Shown here piece after piece: positions 16,726-20,000 of a stretch of DNA of 20,000 nucleotides. Below the pieces are notes generated by a model, which was not told the DNA's origin, did not search any database, and saw nothing but the letters and a program-made list of their open reading frames with translations. The first letter of the stretch is position 1; every line of letters starts with the position of its first letter. Source of the DNA: an uncultured virus (IMG/VR IMGVR_UViG_3300013621_000001) (lineage: Duplodnaviria; Heunggongvirae; Uroviricota; Caudoviricetes); IMG/VR virus record IMGVR_UViG_3300013621_000001. One strand, 5' to 3'. The position numbers and the translations under genes were made by a program.

Positions 16726-17223
16726 CAGGGTCACTTCTTTGGCAAAGAAGTCCACATCGATCTGTGGAAGATAGCCACCGAGCTTGCGCATCTCTTCATA
16801 GGCGAGATGCGCAGCTTCAGTTGAGATCAGTCCTTGGCTACAGGCTCGTTGCATCAACCCCAAAGAGCCGGTCACCAGCGACTCATGCCCGAGCCGCTTG
16901 ATAGCCGCCTTCCGGGCCCGGCCGTCATCACAAGCGATCTGGCACTGGATGGCGGAGGCAATGAGGATGCACTCGGTCTCGCCATCACCGAGCCCCATAT
17001 CATTCTTCGCCGCCAGAAATGCCGAATATGTGACCAATCCGTCGTCAGCAAGGGTCAAAGATCCCTTGGCAAGCTCCAAGTCCAACACTTCGGCAGCCGA
17101 TGAAGCCTCATCTCTCACCAAGCCTCCGACTTGAAAATCTACACCTTCGATACCCAAGACCGTATCAAAGACCCCGCCATTCACGAGGTTGATGACTGTC
17201 GAAGCGTCGAGAAGCACTATCAC
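16699..17223 (-). CDS. PIN-domain-like protein (putative ribonuclease toxin)
   Basis: VLLDASTVIN, VRDEA, LGDGETECI, ACDDGRARKAA, VTGSLGL; start is GTG 17223 or ATG 17253. Confidence 0.8.
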   Translation of the reverse strand: MIVLLDASTVINLVNGGVFDTVLGIEGVDFQVGGLVRDEASSAAEVLDLELAKGSLTLADDGLVTYSAFLAAKNDMGLGDGETECILIASAIQCQIACDDGRARKAAIKRLGHESLVTGSLGLMQRACSQGLISTEAAHLAYEEMRKLGGYLPQIDVDFFAKEVTLLDGFGAQP

Positions 17224-17227
17224 GCTG

Positions 17228-18355
17228 CTACTTCGAGTTAGCGGCGAAGACATGGGAGATGGGGACGTTCAAAAGCTCAGCGGCTTTACCGGCAGAGAGC
17301 TCCTCACGATCCACGAGCTTCGCAGCAGCCTCAAGCAGCCTAGGCGAAGTTGAAATCTGTATCTCCTCTCGTTCCCGAAGCCCCAGCTCTCTCGCTCTCT
17401 TCTCAGGATTTCCATGCTCGTCTGAGATCTTCTGATACAGCGCCCTAGCGCCTCCTGGCTCCAGCAACCCCAAGCCTTCGCAACGGCGTGCGGCGACCTC
17501 AAAGCTCACCCCGAAGAAAATTGCAGTGGTCAGTATCTCCACGTCCCCGAGCGGCCCCTTTGCTCGGTAGTGAGTGCGAACCGCTTCAAGCGCCTTCAAG
17601 AACCCTTTCCGGGGCATTAGCAAAGAAGCCGCGAAAGCATCGGCAAAACGCTCTTCGTTCCGATGTTCAGCCAAGCCAGCCGTCTCTCTGTCTCCACCCA
17701 CCTCTTCGTCCAATCTTGCGAAGTCAATCTTTAGCAAGTCATGGCGCGCTACGAGGTGTCCAACTTCATGAGCAAGGGTGAACAGCATCCGTGCCTTGAA
17801 GGTTCGAGGAGCAAGCAGGATCAGTGCGTGGCCTTCGACAATCGCCGAAACACCTTCGATCTTAGGGTCCCTTCCATAGCAGACCAAGACCCCCAACTCC
17901 TCCAAGGTAGTTCCAAGACTAAGAAAAGGAACTTGGTCATCCAGCTGTGCGAACGCCCGTCTAAAAATGGCAGCAAAGTTCTCTGCGGTTTCGAGATCAG
18001 GAGCCAGGCCCCTGAACAGCTCCAGCCAATTGAGATTGGAAGGCAGAAGTCTTGCTACTGAGAGTATGTCGTTTAGCTGATCACCGATGATGCTCAGAGA
18101 TGAAGACATGCCCCTTGCACGCTGATCAATGGTCTGCCTCAGCAGGAGCTTGGAAGTGCTCTGATCCTCAGTTGATTCCGGCCGCCCAATCGAGCTCAAC
18201 GGAACACGGATTGCCTTTGATATTTTTCTTATTTCCGACAGTGATGCCTCATCACCCGAGACGATCTCGCTAACACGGGAAACGGGCAGGTTCGCCCGTC
18301 GGGCCACATCACTGACCGTGAGACTGCGATCCGCGATGTGCTGCGCAATATCCAT
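17228..18355 (-). CDS. XRE-HTH + ImmA/IrrE-family zinc metallopeptidase, 375 aa
   Basis: N-terminal HTH; FTLAHEVGH (HExxH); NEERFADAFAASLLMP; C-terminal LSAGKAAELL. Confidence 0.9.
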   Translation of the reverse strand: MDIAQHIADRSLTVSDVARRANLPVSRVSEIVSGDEASLSEIRKISKAIRVPLSSIGRPESTEDQSTSKLLLRQTIDQRARGMSSSLSIIGDQLNDILSVARLLPSNLNWLELFRGLAPDLETAENFAAIFRRAFAQLDDQVPFLSLGTTLEELGVLVCYGRDPKIEGVSAIVEGHALILLAPRTFKARMLFTLAHEVGHLVARHDLLKIDFARLDEEVGGDRETAGLAEHRNEERFADAFAASLLMPRKGFLKALEAVRTHYRAKGPLGDVEILTTAIFFGVSFEVAARRCEGLGLLEPGGARALYQKISDEHGNPEKRARELGLREREEIQISTSPRLLEAAAKLVDREELSAGKAAELLNVPISHVFAANSK

Positions 18356-18945
18356 TACTTCCTAGCTTCCCTCTTCAAGGCCTGGAGCTCTTCTCTCAGA
18401 CGAATAGCTTGCTCTTCAGTCAACTTTCTCATGCGCCCGATCACTTGTTGGATTCGCGTAGAGCCTGGACGATCAAACAGACTGGCGAGGATGTCTACTG
18501 ATCGCTCCCTGCCAAGCTGGATCTCCCGAGGCGTCTGAAGGATGACGGAGGTCCGACCAACCAGATAGTTCTGGATTCGCCTCTCAAAGTTGTCGTGATG
18601 GTCTTCGGGATGATGTCGTCCGTCTGCAGTCACAATGATGTTGCCCAGCCTCTGGCCGGACTCGTCAAATCTGAGCCGATTCTCTGGGAACTGATCGAAA
18701 GCTGCGACCTGACTGGACAGCTTATCCTGGACCTCAAGCCCTCCAATCACATATTGCTGAACGTTCTTCCCCATGCTGCCGCTTATCACGAAGATCTGAT
18801 CGCCTAACTTCACCCTGCGGCGCAGGTCAGGCCGACAGGTTCCCATGGTCGATTTCGCTTTCTTGTCCGGTTGCAAGATCGGGTCTACTAGCGCTTTACC
18901 CATACCAGGGTCAGAACCAGGGGAAACGAATATGTAACTCGACAC
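18355..18945 (-). CDS. Hypothetical protein, Nmad2-like (nucleotide-modification-associated domain), 196 aa
   Basis: TMGTCRPDLRRRVKLGDQIFVISG resembles the recalled Nmad2 motif TLaTCKPxIRRxaxvGDwi; GTG 18945 with GGAGGT; TAATG overlap with the next gene. The gene is solid, the family call tentative. Confidence 0.6.
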   Translation of the reverse strand: MSSYIFVSPGSDPGMGKALVDPILQPDKKAKSTMGTCRPDLRRRVKLGDQIFVISGSMGKNVQQYVIGGLEVQDKLSSQVAAFDQFPENRLRFDESGQRLGNIIVTADGRHHPEDHHDNFERRIQNYLVGRTSVILQTPREIQLGRERSVDILASLFDRPGSTRIQQVIGRMRKLTEEQAIRLREELQALKREARK

Positions 18946-19169
18946 GCCACACCTCCAATCCATGTGAAGACGAAGCCCAGAACCAGACCCGCCGTGGCGG
19001 CCTGTTTTGCGATTTGTACCGCATGCCGAGCCACCTTACTAGTGCCCCTCCCTACACCCCATGCAGAAGGAAATCCCCGGCCGCCCCTTAGAGAGGCGGC
19101 GGTCTGATCTCAAGTTGTGAGATAGCGTCGCTATAGTCTCGCGTTCGACCATATCCTGAGCAGCCAGGC

Positions 19170-19703
19170 ATGACATCGATTAGCGCGCTTTCACTTTCTT
19201 CGATCCCAAGAAATATGGCGGGCTGGTGGCTTGAACACCCCCCGACTGTGCGCCTATACCTTGGAGGAGTCGCGTGTATGCTCCTGAGCATCGCGCTCTT
19301 CCTCCATGACCCCAGATCGCTGGCATCCGATGTCGCGACGTATGCAGGATGCGCACTGCTCGCATCTGCTTTCCTAACGGAGTGCTACTACTGGACCGTC
19401 GAGAGACTCAACTACCCCCTGATGAAACTGGCCATCACCGTATTGGGTGTCGTGACCCTCGCGGCTGCAACAGGGGTAAGCAAGATCACGGTCAACGATG
19501 CTACGGGTCAAGATCCGTCCTATTTCACCAGCGCAGTCGCGCTTCTGGTTCCGCTTTCGTTTGTTCCAGTTGCCGCTGCCCTCGTCATTATCTTAGGCAC
19601 TTTCGGCGTGATCATCGGCCTTATATGGGGACTAGCAAAGCTCGGCACGGCCTCATCCAAGGTCTGGACCGCCCAGCCTTTCGTAGACATCTTCGAGCCA
19701 TAA
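19170..19703 (+). pseudogene. Membrane protein gene interrupted by IS3 at 19664/19665
   Basis: About 4 hydrophobic segments; the frame runs into the IS left end and stops at 19703. Confidence 0.65.
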
Positions 19704-20000
19704 TTTCTGGCAATCGAGGAGGTCGGTATGAGTGGCAAGCGGTACACGGATGAGTTCAAGATCGAAGCGGTCAAGCAAGTGGCCGAGCGAGGCTATTCGG
19801 TGGCCGAGGTGGCCGATCGGCTCGGCATTACGACGCACAGCCTGTATGCGTGGAAGGCCAAGTTTGGCCAGCCGTATGTCGTGCGTCGTGCTGAGCTGGA
19901 CCAAAGCGCGGAGGTGCGGCGCCTGAAGGCCGAGCTCAAGCGTGTGACCGAGGAGCGCGACATCCTAAAAAAAGCCGCGGCGTACTTCGCCAAGGGGTAA
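19665..20000 (+). mobile_element. IS3-family insertion sequence, left end
   Basis: Left terminus TGGACCGCCCAGCCTTTCGTAGACA, orfA, A7G frameshift site at 19967-19974. Confidence 0.9.
19728..20000 (+). CDS. IS3-family transposase OrfA
   Basis: KRYTDEFKIEAVKQV HTH; leucine zipper RLKAELKRVTEERDILKKAAAYF; GAGGAGG SD. Confidence 0.93.
   Translation: MSGKRYTDEFKIEAVKQVAERGYSVAEVADRLGITTHSLYAWKAKFGQPYVVRRAELDQSAEVRRLKAELKRVTEERDILKKAAAYFAKG

Larger units (their letters stand above)
8030..19664. mobile_element. Integrative mobilizable element (integrase + MOBQ relaxase + oriT + cargo); right boundary not seen
   Basis: Integrase next to a putative att, relaxase with cognate oriT, no mating-pair genes in the window. 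Confidence 0.65.

Noticed and set aside
18985..19100. Short GC hairpins (CCGCC-GT-GGCGG; GCCGCC...GGCGGC)
   Set aside because: Too short for GC-rich DNA, and located between divergent genes where no terminator is expected.
1..20000. CRISPR array, rRNA, retron or reverse transcriptase
   Set aside because: No repeat-spacer pattern, rRNA-like sequence or RT motif seen.

Overview
Accessory, GC-rich region, probably from a Xanthomonadaceae-like gammaproteobacterium (inferred from composition and gene style). It appears to hold two tandem integrated elements and the left end of an IS3-family element. (1) <1-~8030: right part of a minimal phage-satellite-like (P4/PICI-type) island. It carries a Type ISP restriction-modification enzyme (N-terminus outside the window), a hypothetical gene, and a coupled operon of alpA, CHC2 zinc finger, TOPRIM+DUF3987 primase/helicase, a Zn-motif ORF and an HGGxSTG protein. 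It ends in arm-type direct repeats and a tRNA-3'-like CCACCA. (2) ~8030 onward: an integrative mobilizable element with a tyrosine integrase, a MobA/MobL (MOBQ) relaxase with a clear oriT, and an XRE regulator with a divergent secreted/lipoprotein/membrane operon. Its cargo looks defence-like: a ComEC-type MBL hydrolase plus membrane protein pair, a 365-aa protein made of two copies of an unrecognised His/Cys-rich domain, and an Nmad2-like / HTH-ImmA(IrrE) peptidase / PIN operon. (3) 19665->20000: an IS3-family element interrupting a membrane protein gene. The best candidate for an undescribed system is the 15628-18945 cluster. All family calls come from motif recognition by eye; no searches were run.
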